Source: Veleropilina oligotropha
Taxonomy: Eukaryota
Assembly (NCBI GenBank): GCA_048128005.1
Contig: JBEUKZ010000019.1
Coordinates: 682,001-746,000 of the forward strand
Direction of reading: 5' to 3'
DNA length: 64,000 nucleotides
The notes beneath the pieces are model-generated. The model had not been told where the DNA came from and did no database searches. It worked only from the letters and a program-made list of their open reading frames with translations. The translations under genes and the position numbers were made by a program. Below, one piece after another: positions 51,061 through 62,201 of the stretch (positions within the stretch are counted from its first letter, which is position 1; each line of letters starts with the position of its first letter).

Positions 51061-52733
51061 TTATATATCAAAATTTATAATTCACTCTCGACTCAATATA
51101 TTTAACTGATTAAAATGTAAAAAAGTTTTATCTGATTAACATAAATTAAACAAGGGAAAAAAATAAATAAAATTCACTTTACAGAATGTAAATAATAGTT
51201 TTCCAACAATTATATACAAAATAATCACCTCTACGTCTTGATTGGTTATATATTACATACATCCATTTAAATTAACTTTAGCTTGGGAGGAAAATTCAAT
51301 TTTACCAAATCCAAAAACAGTACGAAAAACAATTTGTCAGCATAAATAATTACTTGTAAACATAATAATAAGTCATAAATCATGGGCTTAACATAATTAT
51401 ATCATTTATTAAATTTATAAAGAACTGTCTATACGATTGATAAACAAATATTCTTGATACTATGATCAATGATTTAACAGCAAGTCACACCCATAGATCT
51501 AGAGACAGAGATCAAGCATTTATAATCACATCATAATAATATCATTCAGAGATTAACCGAGAAATAGGAATCAACTAGATGTATGATCCTCAAACAGGCC
51601 CATTGGAGAATAACATAATAATAAGATATGGCTGGACATATGATGCATCAAGTATTTTGTGTTAACACGGTTGCCGCACGCAAGGATAGTTGGTGACTTG
51701 CCATACCAAATAAAGTCAAGACCGCATATACAAATCAACGTTTGGTCAGGACAAATATATCTGCCATGTTGACAATACCCCCAGCCTTGTTGTTGGAGTT
51801 AAGAAATGAAATATAAATCTAAATAGCACAAGGGAGGTAGTTGTAGCCCAAATGAATGAAAAGACTGAACATAATAATGTGAATGTTGCGCTGCACAGCA
51901 AGCTATCACTTCATAATGTTCATATGTAATGCATCATTACTCAAGATATTCAGATATATTTCACATACAAGTTAATAAATATCTTGTGCTACTCGATAAT
52001 CCAAGAAGGGGAATAGTGCAGTAAGAGTTGCCTCCCTTTATATCTAAAATGACACTTATAAATGCATACAAATACTTCCATGTTGTATTCGTCACAATAA
52101 AATGCATTGTTCTTTGGATTCTATGAAACTATAAAAATAACATATTGATATAATTTTCTAGTACATACCTACTGCATGGCTGCAATTTCACAAAGATAAA
52201 TATTTTAACGAACAAGTATCAACAAGATTAATATGAAGGAAATCGTTTCATTTCATTTTATTGTAACATCCGAAAATACATTTGACCTGAAAATGCATTT
52301 CATTAAATGTTTACATATTAAAATTCCATTTGTTTGAATTAAACAGTGCTTGCATAAACTGGCCTATTAAATATCATTCCATAGATATATAAATTATCAT
52401 CATAATTAACCAACTTGATTATGATTGGAATTATGTTGACATGTTCGTTAAACATTATTTTCATTCATATTTTATTTAGGCTACAAAAAATTGACTGCAT
52501 TATATATACTACGTGGATAATAAATAGTAAATATTGGTAAATACATACCTTGGTCACGTAATGACGGTTTGTGACGTAGCGCTCGACGTGGCAGAAGAAT
52601 CGGTGTAGACGGTCGGGTGGTGGTAGCCCATGTCCTGGTGGGTTTCAGTTGCCTAATGTTAATGGCTTCTTTGACTGCGGCTCAACCAGTCATCTATTCT
52701 CCTGTCACGTAGAGCGTTATGTCATAAACCATC

Positions 52734-52778
52734 ATTACGTGACCAAGGTCCCGAGTAGATGGACCGAAACGTCGTAAT
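52734..52778 (+). ncRNA. Minimal hammerhead-like motif with G3-C8 core variant, in a probable Penelope pLTR remnant (about 52500-52835)
   Basis: attac-GTGACCA-a-ggtcc-loop-ggacc-GAAAC-GTC-gtaat; stems I and II pair perfectly; palindromic ACGT. Confidence 0.7.
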
Positions 52779-53056
52779 CTCTTCAAAATTTTTGTTTCAA
52801 AGTAAAAATAAATTTACTATATATTATCCATGTGTTTCTTGAAACCATGAACAATTTATTCCATAATACATTATATATATATATATTACGTTATAAAATC
52901 AACTTGCAAGTAAATTCAGTTTTACTGTTTACAACAATATCATTATATGAAGATTAAAGCTTATTATAAATACAAGACTAATTTTGTGCATTGCTATCTT
53001 TCTACAAGATAAAATAACAAACCTATCCTTAGTTATTACACAAATGACGAGCACTG

Positions 53057-53220
53057 TTAACTACCATCCATGTTCATCTTGCTAGAGTGACTACAGCTGG
53101 CTGTCATGGTAACCGTTGCCGTGGTGGTGGCCACATGCTTTTTGAGGTTGTCCAGATATTCTTGCTGAGATTGGGCGATGACCTGTGCCAAGATATCATC
53201 TTCATCCCAGTCAGAGAGAC
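53057..53220 (-). CDS. OTUD5: OTU deubiquitinase 5, last coding exon (UIM)
   Basis: ctttccag|[29 protein letters not shown]...-stop. Confidence 0.93.
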
Positions 53221-53797
53221 CTGGAAAGTAGTCGTCAAATGTAAACTCATTCTTCAATAGAGAGTGAAACGAGAGTGCTAGCGGTGTGTGAAATTAAAGT
53301 AATGTAACATGATTAAGGCTGCATAAAATTAATGTTTAATTTCTCAGGCATCGTGCATCACATTTTTCAATATGCTTCAATCATTTTAATGCAAAAAATA
53401 TACAATAATTTTGAAGTTGAAACATGCTAACATTTCGAAAAATTCATTTCATAAAGTATATATTTGTCTTTGTCTGTCGGCCATCTTGAATCGGAAACCA
53501 TCATGCTGTTTCGATTCACGTACTAGGCACATTCCGAATGGCTTCGCACACGTATAGCCAGATTGAATCGAGTGCAAGCAGAAGAAAGTCGATAAACATA
53601 GGTGCAACTAGGCAGACCCACACATGTCCAACCGTTATTGTAAGAGTTTTTAGGTGGGCACCACACCTCCAAAAGTGACTCTAACCATCCATCTAGATGT
53701 TCGGCTGCCCGACCTAGATCAAAATCTGGTCCCTATCATAATCTGTTCTCGATCAATAGTGCCCTCCTTATGCAACTGTGTTGTTATTTTTATTTAC

Positions 53798-53929
53798 CGA
53801 ACATTGTCGCCGGCAACTGATCCATCATAGAAGCAGTCTCCTGGAATCCCGCTGTGGCGCCGAGCGAGGGTCCACCAGTGGCCCCTAACATTGACTCCTC
53901 AGCAGTACTGGTAGGGGTCGTCAAAGAGC
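53798..53929 (-). CDS. OTUD5: OTUD5 exon
   Basis: tatctttcag|GC-SLTTPTS...QETASMMDQLPATMF-G|gtaaat; phase 1-1. Confidence 0.85.
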
Positions 53930-54158
53930 CTGAAAGATAAGCAAGAAAATCTTATTAATTTTTATCGTGGGAGGAAAATCCAATAGCCAAGAATACTTCA
54001 GGGTTAAGAAAAATCAGCTCGTGTGAAAGCCAAAACAAAATCGAATACATGTTTATATTCAGTTCTTTGCATGGTTTAGTTTCTCTTACAAAAGGAATCT
54101 CGTTTAGTTTCCTTTCTTGTTTAATGTTGCATAAAAAGGAATCTAAAACAATACCCAC

Positions 54159-54351
54159 CAGATGCGGCCATTAAGAACTCTGGGACGTGATTGGCCAGCG
54201 GAGAGTCCCCGACCTCGATTCTGTGTGGACTGCTCTGGTTGGACGATGGCTTACCACGGGGTGATCGCGAGTCAGTCACCTGCAAGGACGTGTCCATCAT
54301 AGTGTGAGAGTGGACGCTGGATGAACTACACGTGGCGCTCGCAGACCTCGT
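54159..54351 (-). CDS. OTUD5: OTUD5 exon
   Basis: ttcttcag|TRSASATCSSSS...FLMAAS-G|gtgggt; conserved ASATCSS. Confidence 0.87.
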
Positions 54352-54779
54352 CTGAAGAAAGAAGGTCAAGGTCATGGAGGCAATATGACATTGAGACATC
54401 TTAATTGAATTTCATTTTATGTCGTCTTGGGTCAGATGAAGAATAGGTAACATTCATAAGAGTTAAACCGCATGGTTAATGATTTATTCAAACTTATATG
54501 AAATTATGTTCGTTTGTAGCTGAATTCGCACACATATTCATATAAGTGGAGCCATATAAGTGGAAATCAACAAAGTACAATATTTGTTATGAAACAGTCT
54601 TGTTCCCGCCCAGTCACATCCCCCTTGTGTGTGACACCCCCCCCCCCCCCTGATATGTGAACGACTCCTGGCACTGCATTCTGGTGCATTTCCCACACTG
54701 TGGAGTGCCCTACCCCCCCGGTGAGTGACCCGCCTACTCAACACCGCCTGTTGCTTGACCCTTCGTCATTACCCCCACC

Positions 54780-56376
54780 CACCACCCTCTGGTGTATGAT
54801 TGCCCCCACTCACCGCCCCCTGGTGCATTTCCCCTCCCCCCACTCACCGCCCCCTGCTGCATTTCCCCTCCCCCCACTCGCCACCCCCTGGTGCATTAGC
54901 CCCCACTCGCCGCCCCCTGCTGCATTTCCCCTCCCCCTGGTGCATTTCCCCTCCACCCACTCACCGCCCCTGCTGCATTTCCCCTCCCCCCACTCGCCGC
55001 CCCCTGGTGCATTTCCCCTCCCCCCACTCACCGCCCCCTGCTGCATTTCCCCTCCCCCCACTCGCCACCCCCTGGTGCATTAGCCCCCACTCGCCGCCCC
55101 CTGCTGCATTTCCCCTCCCCCTGGTGCATTTCCCCTCCACCCACTCACCGCCCCTGCTGCATTTCCCCTCCCCCCACTCGCCGCCCCCTGGTGCGTGACC
55201 CCCACTGGTGCATGATCCCCCATTCACCGCCCCCTGGTGCATTTCCCCTCCTCCCACTCGCCGCCCCCCTGGTGCATTTCCCCTCCCCCCACTCGCCGCC
55301 CCCTAGTGCATTTCCCCTCCCCCCAACTCACCGCCCCCTGGTGCATTTCCCCTCCCCACTCACCGCCCCCTGGTGCATTTCCCCTCCCCCCCACTGGCTG
55401 CCCCCTGGTGCATGATCCCTCCATTCACTGCCCCCTGGTGCATGATCTGTCCTCATCCCCCCACTCACCGCCCCCTGGTGCGTGATCTGTCCTTATCCCC
55501 CCACTCACCGCCCCCTGGTGCGTGATCTGTCCTTATCCCTCCACTCACCGCCCCCTGGTGCGTGACCCCCACTGGTGCATGATCCCCCCATTCACCACCC
55601 CCTGGTGCATTTCCCCTCCACCCACTCACCGCCCCCTGGTGCATTTCCCCTCCACCCAATCACCGCCCCCTGGTGCATTTCCCCTCCCCCCACTCGCCAC
55701 CCCCTGGTGCATTTCCCCTCCCCCCCCACTCGCCCCCCCCCCCCTGGTGCATGACCCCCACTGGTGCATGATCCCCCCATTCACCGCCCCCTGGTGCATT
55801 TCCCCTCCCCCCCCCACTCGCCGCCCCCTGGTGCGTGACCCCCACTGGTGCATGATCCCCATTCACTGCCCCCTAGTGCGTGATCTATCCTCATCCCCCC
55901 ACTCACCGCCCCCTGGTGCGTGATCTGTCCTCATTCTCCCACTCACCGCCCCCTGGTGCGTGATCTGTCCTCATTCTCCCACTCACCGCCCCCTGGTGCG
56001 TGATCTGTCCTCATCTCCCCACTCACCTCCCCCTGGTGCATTTCCCCTCCCCCCACTCACCGCCCCCTGGTGCATTTCCCCTCCCCACTCACCGCCCCCT
56101 GGTGCATTTCCCCTCCCCCACACTCGCTGCCCCCTGGTGCATGATCCCCCATTCACCGCGCCCTGGTGCATTTCCCGTCCCCCCCCCTCGCCGCCCCCTG
56201 GTGCGTGACCCCCACTGGTGCATGATCCCCCATTCACTGCCCCCTGGTGCGTGATCTGTCCTCATCCCCTCCACTCACCGCCCCCTGGTGTGTGATCTGT
56301 CCTCATCCCCCCCATTCACTTCCCCCTGGTGCGTGATCTGTCCTCATTCTCCCACTCACCGCCCCCTGGTGCGTGA
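54780..56376 (-). repeat. G-rich (minus-strand) complex minisatellite seeded by the OTUD5 exon end and donor
   Basis: Core GCACCAGGGGGCG|GTGAGTGG is identical to the exon/intron junction at 56360; units of about 33-40 bp. Confidence 0.9.
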
Positions 56377-56491
56377 CCCGCTTCTCGTTGTCCTTCAGCC
56401 ATTGGAGGTAGGACTCCCTCGCCACTTGCTCCTCGATGGTGTCCTGGGTCACCTCCCAGTCAGTCTCCCGTAGTTTGTCCTCAAACATCGT
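56360..56491 (-). CDS. OTUD5: OTUD5 exon
   Basis: tattatcag|[44 protein letters not shown]|gtgagt. Confidence 0.95.
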
Positions 56492-56799
56492 CTGATAATA
56501 CAAACACAGTCAGCCCACAACATAAAATACTGGCCCAGGAATTACAGAAAAAAGAGCAAAGGGAGGAATAATGTGTCAATGTTTCATGACCAACGCTTAT
56601 CTCAAATAACATGAAATGATGAAATACATTGATGTTGTGTCCTTTATATATATATATACATTGTTGTGTTTCCTTAAAATCTTCCTTGAAAATACAATAA
56701 TATTCAATATCATTGCTAGAGTAAAAGGTGGTATCAATATAAGCATCACCAAAGAATATGTATGCAATAATGGCACAGAACGGAAATTCACTCAACTTT

Positions 56800-57330
56800 A
56801 ACAAGAATTTCTATGTCCGCAAACACTAATTTCACATGTTATTTATATTATAAATCACTTGCAGATGAGGAAACAGCATCAATATAGTCAACACTAAAGT
56901 TTATGGATGTAAAACAGTGCCTAGAACAACCCATATGCCCATTGAAAAATTGAAACAAAACTTTAACCAAAATTTCTATGTCCATAAACACCTATTTTTA
57001 TGGAATAATTAAATTTAATTTAATTCAGCATCACTCCCATAGTATCAGTTGACATTCATATTATCAATACCAAAGCATATATACAATAAAATGTTGTTTC
57101 AGCAACCCATATACACTCAATGAAAAACTTTAACCAAAATTTCTATGTTCAAAAACACCTACATTTATGCATTAATTATATTAAATTTTATTCAATCTCA
57201 CTTCCAGAGTACCAGGTGTCATCCATACAATGTCTACAAAAGCATATATATGCCAAAAAGTATCATGGGCAAGCTATATACACTCAATTCAAAACTTTAA
57301 CCAAATTGTGTACGGACGTACGGACGGATC
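56800..57330 (-). mobile_element. HINE-like element, inverted partial copy of 14690-15215
   Basis: Long stretches are the reverse complement of that element. Confidence 0.75.
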
Positions 57331-58624
57331 AACACTGTGACTTCCACATTAACCGATCAAAAATGATCCGAACCGACGGAGAAGTCAGTCCATTGAATTC
57401 AGAGTCCGCACTATTATCCACTAGGCTACTGGTGCGGTCTTCTTTATATAGAAATGAACAGTAAACATGTTATAACATTTGATTATTTGCATACGAATAC
57501 CAGGCAGCCTGTGTAAAAAAAAAACAGCTTTAATGATGGTATCGATTAAATTGTCGTGCTCCAACCATAATAAAACCTCTGCAAATCAAGGGATTTTGCA
57601 TGTCCTTTGATTTGGCGGATGAAGAGTTCATTGGGCATTGCCTGTCAATGATGAAATTTGCCGGGTTGTAGTCGATAACTTTTGTAAACATATCTATATG
57701 ACTCATCGAAGATAACCAAGGATGAGGTGATGCTCAAGAGGTGACCCTGCCTTCATCGAGGTGTCATAAATGTCTCACATGTGCCACTAGTATACAGGCC
57801 CGTAGACAGAAAGGTCCACTTTTTCGAAAAATAAATTTCACAAAACCACTGTCCAAATGAATTGAAAAATAATCGATGTATGCACTTCCTAGTACATGTG
57901 TATGATAGTCATCAGCAGGTATAATTACAGTGCTGTCTACGGTCAGTAAATGACACGCACATTGGTACTACAGACCCTAGTAATAAGTAGTCGTCCTCTG
58001 ATCAGGCTCCTCTGTAAATACGCGGGTATAATACAGCATGGTCTGCATGTAAAATAAATATTTGATTCTTTTCTGCTATATTTACAAGTATCTCAATGTT
58101 GCAAACGTATTCACAATGGAACTAGGCTGTATTATTTTGAGTTACAAAAAATATTTTATCCGTTACATGATCACCGTAGATCTACTTTGAATTGATTCTC
58201 TTTAAATATTAACACACAATAGGAAATATTTTAAGGCGTATTGTTGTCTTATATCTAAAGACTGAATTGCTGGTTCAGGTTGGTTTGATCGTATATAATT
58301 AAACGAATTTGCTTTCTCTTTTTGACGTTCATGACTACTTATTAGTAAGTTTTTAAATTGTTTCATTGTATTCCTTAATTCTCTTATGTTATATATGGTT
58401 AGACCATACAGCGTCAGTACAATCTCAGTATGTAGAGTACTCGGGTGACGTTCTTGCTAATGTATAAACCGTTGTAAATGCGACGTTCTTATTGTCACGC
58501 TGTATAATTTAAACCTGCTCCATTTAGGACTAGCAACTTATATATTTTGTTACTTTATAGGCGACTTCGTTCGACAGTTTTGAGACTACATGGGTCGCAA
58601 AGAGCAAAAGGAACGGAAGCGTAA

Positions 58625-58859
58625 AGGCCCTTTTCCATTTACGCGGTTGCCGCGCGGCAGCCACGCATCCAGGTAGCAAACATTGATATTACACAATCAT
58701 ATATATGACGTTTTCCATTCCGTTTTCCATTTGCCCGGTTCCTACCCGCGGGCCAACCGCTCAACAGGGCGACAAAAATTATATCAAGCAATGATATATT
58801 ACCTATTCCATGCGGGACAGTCGCAAGGGAACAGATATATATATATAGCCACGCGGCCT
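58625..58859. mobile_element. 235-bp insertion with TAA TSD (PIF/Harbinger-like MITE)
   Basis: TAA-aggcc...ggcct-TAA; removing it restores the frame MGRKEQKERKRKAAAQSC. Confidence 0.7.
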
Positions 58860-59046
58860 TAAGGCAGCAGCACAATCTTGTCAATCATTAGAGGGATGGG
58901 TTGCTAAGAAAAAGGTTGATAGTGACACTTGTGCAGACAGTATTCCTGATGCAGATAATAATTCCGACAAGAGAAAGGAAGACCATAATACGGAATGCGT
59001 TTTCCCAGACAATAAGCATTCCAATAATGAACAGTCTGATGACAAG

Positions 59047-59309
59047 GGAGGGAGGAATGATGCTTAATGTCCTGTATATTTACAACATCGAGGTTCAAGG
59101 CAGGACATGTCCGTGTTATCGCGGGAGGAAACCCCGGTCGCCCGGGTAAACCTGCCCTCTTTGGCCAGTCGCGGACAACTGTGATTCATAACTTGAACAA
59201 ATGTCAATGCCTTTGCCAGGTATTGAACCCACTAATGTTCGCATTAGCGGAATCAAGCCAGTGAATTTAGAGTGGACACTCTTACCCACTGCGCTGCCGA
59301 AGCGGCCTC
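59047..59309 (-). mobile_element. tRNA-derived SINE with 11-bp TSD inside the transposase
   Basis: Same family as 16101-16365; CTGATGACAAG at 59036-59046 and 59310-59320. Confidence 0.9.
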
Positions 59310-61793
59310 CTGATGACAAGCCCTGTGTTAATGTTGCTGGGCCTTCTAGCTCGATCACTTTCATGACGGATATTGGAACAATCATCAATACGACTATAAA
59401 TCACGAGGAAGTAATCACCAAAATACAGTCATTTGAAACAAGGGAAATTTATTCTTTATTGACAAAGCACTTCACGCCACCTAAAGAGTATGTCTTCACT
59501 TCACGGTTCCTTCATCAGTGTAATCGCCATTTCCAGGTTAGATATTTGCGAGAGTATCAGTGGATGGTTTATAGTCCATCATTGGATGCTGCCTTCTGCA
59601 TCTATTGCGCATTAATGGTTCCCCATGAAATGAGAAAAAAGCTTGGTGTATTCGTCAATAAACCGTTCAAAGATTTTCACAAGATTGGCGAAAAGGCTAA
59701 GGAACACCAAAATGCAAAGTTCCATTGCGATGCGATGATAGCATCAACGGCCCTTCCATACTCTGTGGAAAAACCAGAGAAAAAGATAGATTGTTTCTCA
59801 GAAAAACGGATACACGAGAGAAATCGGCATATCATAAAAACCGTTGCCGATGCCGTTCTCTTCTGCGGAAGACAGTGTATTGCATTAAGAGGAGACAAGG
59901 AAATCCTGGTCAACAGGGCAACGAAATCTGAAACCATGCCAGTGGACAGCGTTTTGGAATTTGTGGGAAATCCTGGTTACTTTTTAGCAGCTCTTCAGAT
60001 GATTGCTAAGAAAGACCAAATCCTCCGAGACCATCTTTTGGGATAGGACTTGCCAACAGAAATGCCAAGTACACCTCACCACAGACCCAGAATGAGGTCA
60101 TCGACATCGGCTATGATTTAATTGAATAAATTAAAGATGCTGTGTTCTTTCTTCTTAGCTGACGAGGTAACAAGTCACAATAGAGAAGAAGTCGCACTTT
60201 GCATTCGATTCGTGGATGTTACTAAAACCATCAGAGAGGAGATCATATCCTTCATTCATCTGTCAAAGATCACTGGAGAAGTGACTGCTCGTAGAGAAGT
60301 GACTGCTCGTACAATCTTAAATCATCTGAATGAGGTTAACCTTGAAGCCACCAATATACGTGGACAGGGTTATGATGGTGCTGCCAACATGTCTAGTCAC
60401 AACGTTGGTGTTCAACGGCGCAATAAAAATGTGTCCCCTAGGTCTGTTTACGTCCACTGCAGCGGACATTCTCTTAACCTTGTGATTGCACACTCTTGTG
60501 CATTACCAAACACAAGAAATGCCCGTGATAAACTGAAAGCCTGCTGCTTATTCTTCTTGCAAGCCCAAAGCGTGATGGCCGTCTACAGTCAATTGTGTTG
60601 AAAGCTGACCCTGAAGGGAACAAGCGTCGAAATGCCCTAATTGACTTGTGCAAGACGAGATGGGCCGCGAGACAGGAAGCATATACTCACTTCTACCAGG
60701 CAACAATTACATCATAATAGCGTTAGAGAATATTTCTCATAGAGTAACCAGGAGAGTTACAGAGCAGAGTATTCAGGAATCACATGGGATCCAAAGAGCC
60801 GTAGCGAAGCAAACTCACTGTAGACTGGCCTCGCATCGTTTGATTTCATCGTGACTTTTATGGTCATCTATCACTTACTCTCGCATCTCGCAGGTGTGAC
60901 CATCAAGCTGCAAGGGGAAACCGTTGACGTCATCGGAGCTTACAGTGAAATTGCCGAAGTAAAGTCTACTTACATAGCTGTATCAGACAACATGGAAGAA
61001 GATTTTTCCACGACATATGCAGAGGCAGATTGTATAACCAATACTGTAAACGCTGAACCGTCTATGCCAATAACAGTCGGCCGACAAACAACATGTAGCA
61101 ATGCACCGGCACTTACACCCGAGGAGCATTACCGACGTAACGTGGCTATTCCTTTCTTGAACCACAACATTTCAGAGCTTGAAAGGCAATTTTCGAAATT
61201 ATCCGTCCTTTCTTCAAGTATCTTGGGTCTAATACCCTGTCCTGTCCGAAGCTGTGGAAGTCGCATCACTTGACGCAGTAGTCTAAGTGGGGGGGGGCAA
61301 AATTATGATTTTGCCCCCACACTATTGAAGTAGGCATACCTGTCTCCCAAAACTCTCCAATTATGAGGCAGATAAAATGGTCAATATATAGCCCGGAATG
61401 CAGGAAAACACATCTAAGACCTTCTACAGTTAAAAATTTTCTGGGGGGGGCATGCCCCCGAACCCCCTAGGAAGTTCGGGCCCTCAATGCTCACGGCTTT
61501 TGGCCATTCGCTATTGCCCCCCCCCCCCCCCCACGCACACTTTTCAACATCTTCCTACGCCTATGTAATATATCCACAATAATGAATAGATTCGCACCTC
61601 CCCACCAGGAAACCTGCCTATGGGCCTGGTATATATATATATATATTAAATTTGAATAATCCTTATAATAGCGAAGCAATATGCAAAATCATATCACAAG
61701 ATTCACACATGTGAGACACATAGACATCCGCTATATAGCATGTGTTGTCAGCATTTACATATATCTACTAATTATCGCTATTATTCAACCAAC

Positions 61794-61856
61794 CTTTTCT
61801 ATGTGAAAGTCTTCTGATGTCGTCGTAGCACTTTTCATGAGAGTTTTTTCGGCTAA
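61794..61856 (-). CDS. OTUD5: OTUD5 exon
   Basis: ccttttcag|LAEKTLMKSATTTSEDFHIEK|gttggt; corresponds to vertebrate FAEQSLMKNAIKTSEESWIEQ; phase 0-0. Confidence 0.9.
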
Positions 61857-62201
61857 CTGAAAAGGAAAAGATAACACTTTTGCTACTGAATTGGTTAGTA
61901 ATGCAATATACTATTCAGTGACTTCAGCGAATAATATGACTATGTATCCACACCACGCGGTGTAATAAATTAGGCGGATTAAAGGACAAATTGAGATCAA
62001 CTGGTCGATGAGTTTGCCCTGCACGTTTGGGACGTGGTCTTACATCGCATGCTTATCAGTTTGAAGGTGATAAAATACTGTAAAAACTAAAACCACACTA
62101 CGTAATTCAATTACTGTTGTTTCGTCATTGGTCAACCACTCAAATATCGATGTTTTTTCTTATGATCAGGCCTTTTTTACCCGCAGTCCAGCCTTTAACA
62201 G

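Larger units (their letters stand above)
58590..61273 (+). pseudogene. Disrupted hAT transposase (PRKRIR/ZMYM1-like, TTF zinc finger and DUF4371-type region)
   Basis: WMVYSPSLDAAFCIYC, RQCIALRGD, LADEVTSHN.E...CIRFV, GQGYDGAANMS, VHCSGHSLNL, LCKTRW; several frameshifts, two nested insertions, 3' deletion. Confidence 0.9.
57795..61628 (+). mobile_element. hAT DNA transposon (hAT5-like, 5-bp TSD) in an OTUD5 intron
   Basis: TIR caggcccgtagacag / ctgcctatgggcctg (13/15 match); GTATA on both sides; internal transposase. Confidence 0.8.

Noticed and set aside
54700..56473. Many Pro-rich and Gly-rich ORFs on both strands
   Set aside because: Translations of the C/G-rich minisatellite; only 56360-56491 has splice sites and homology
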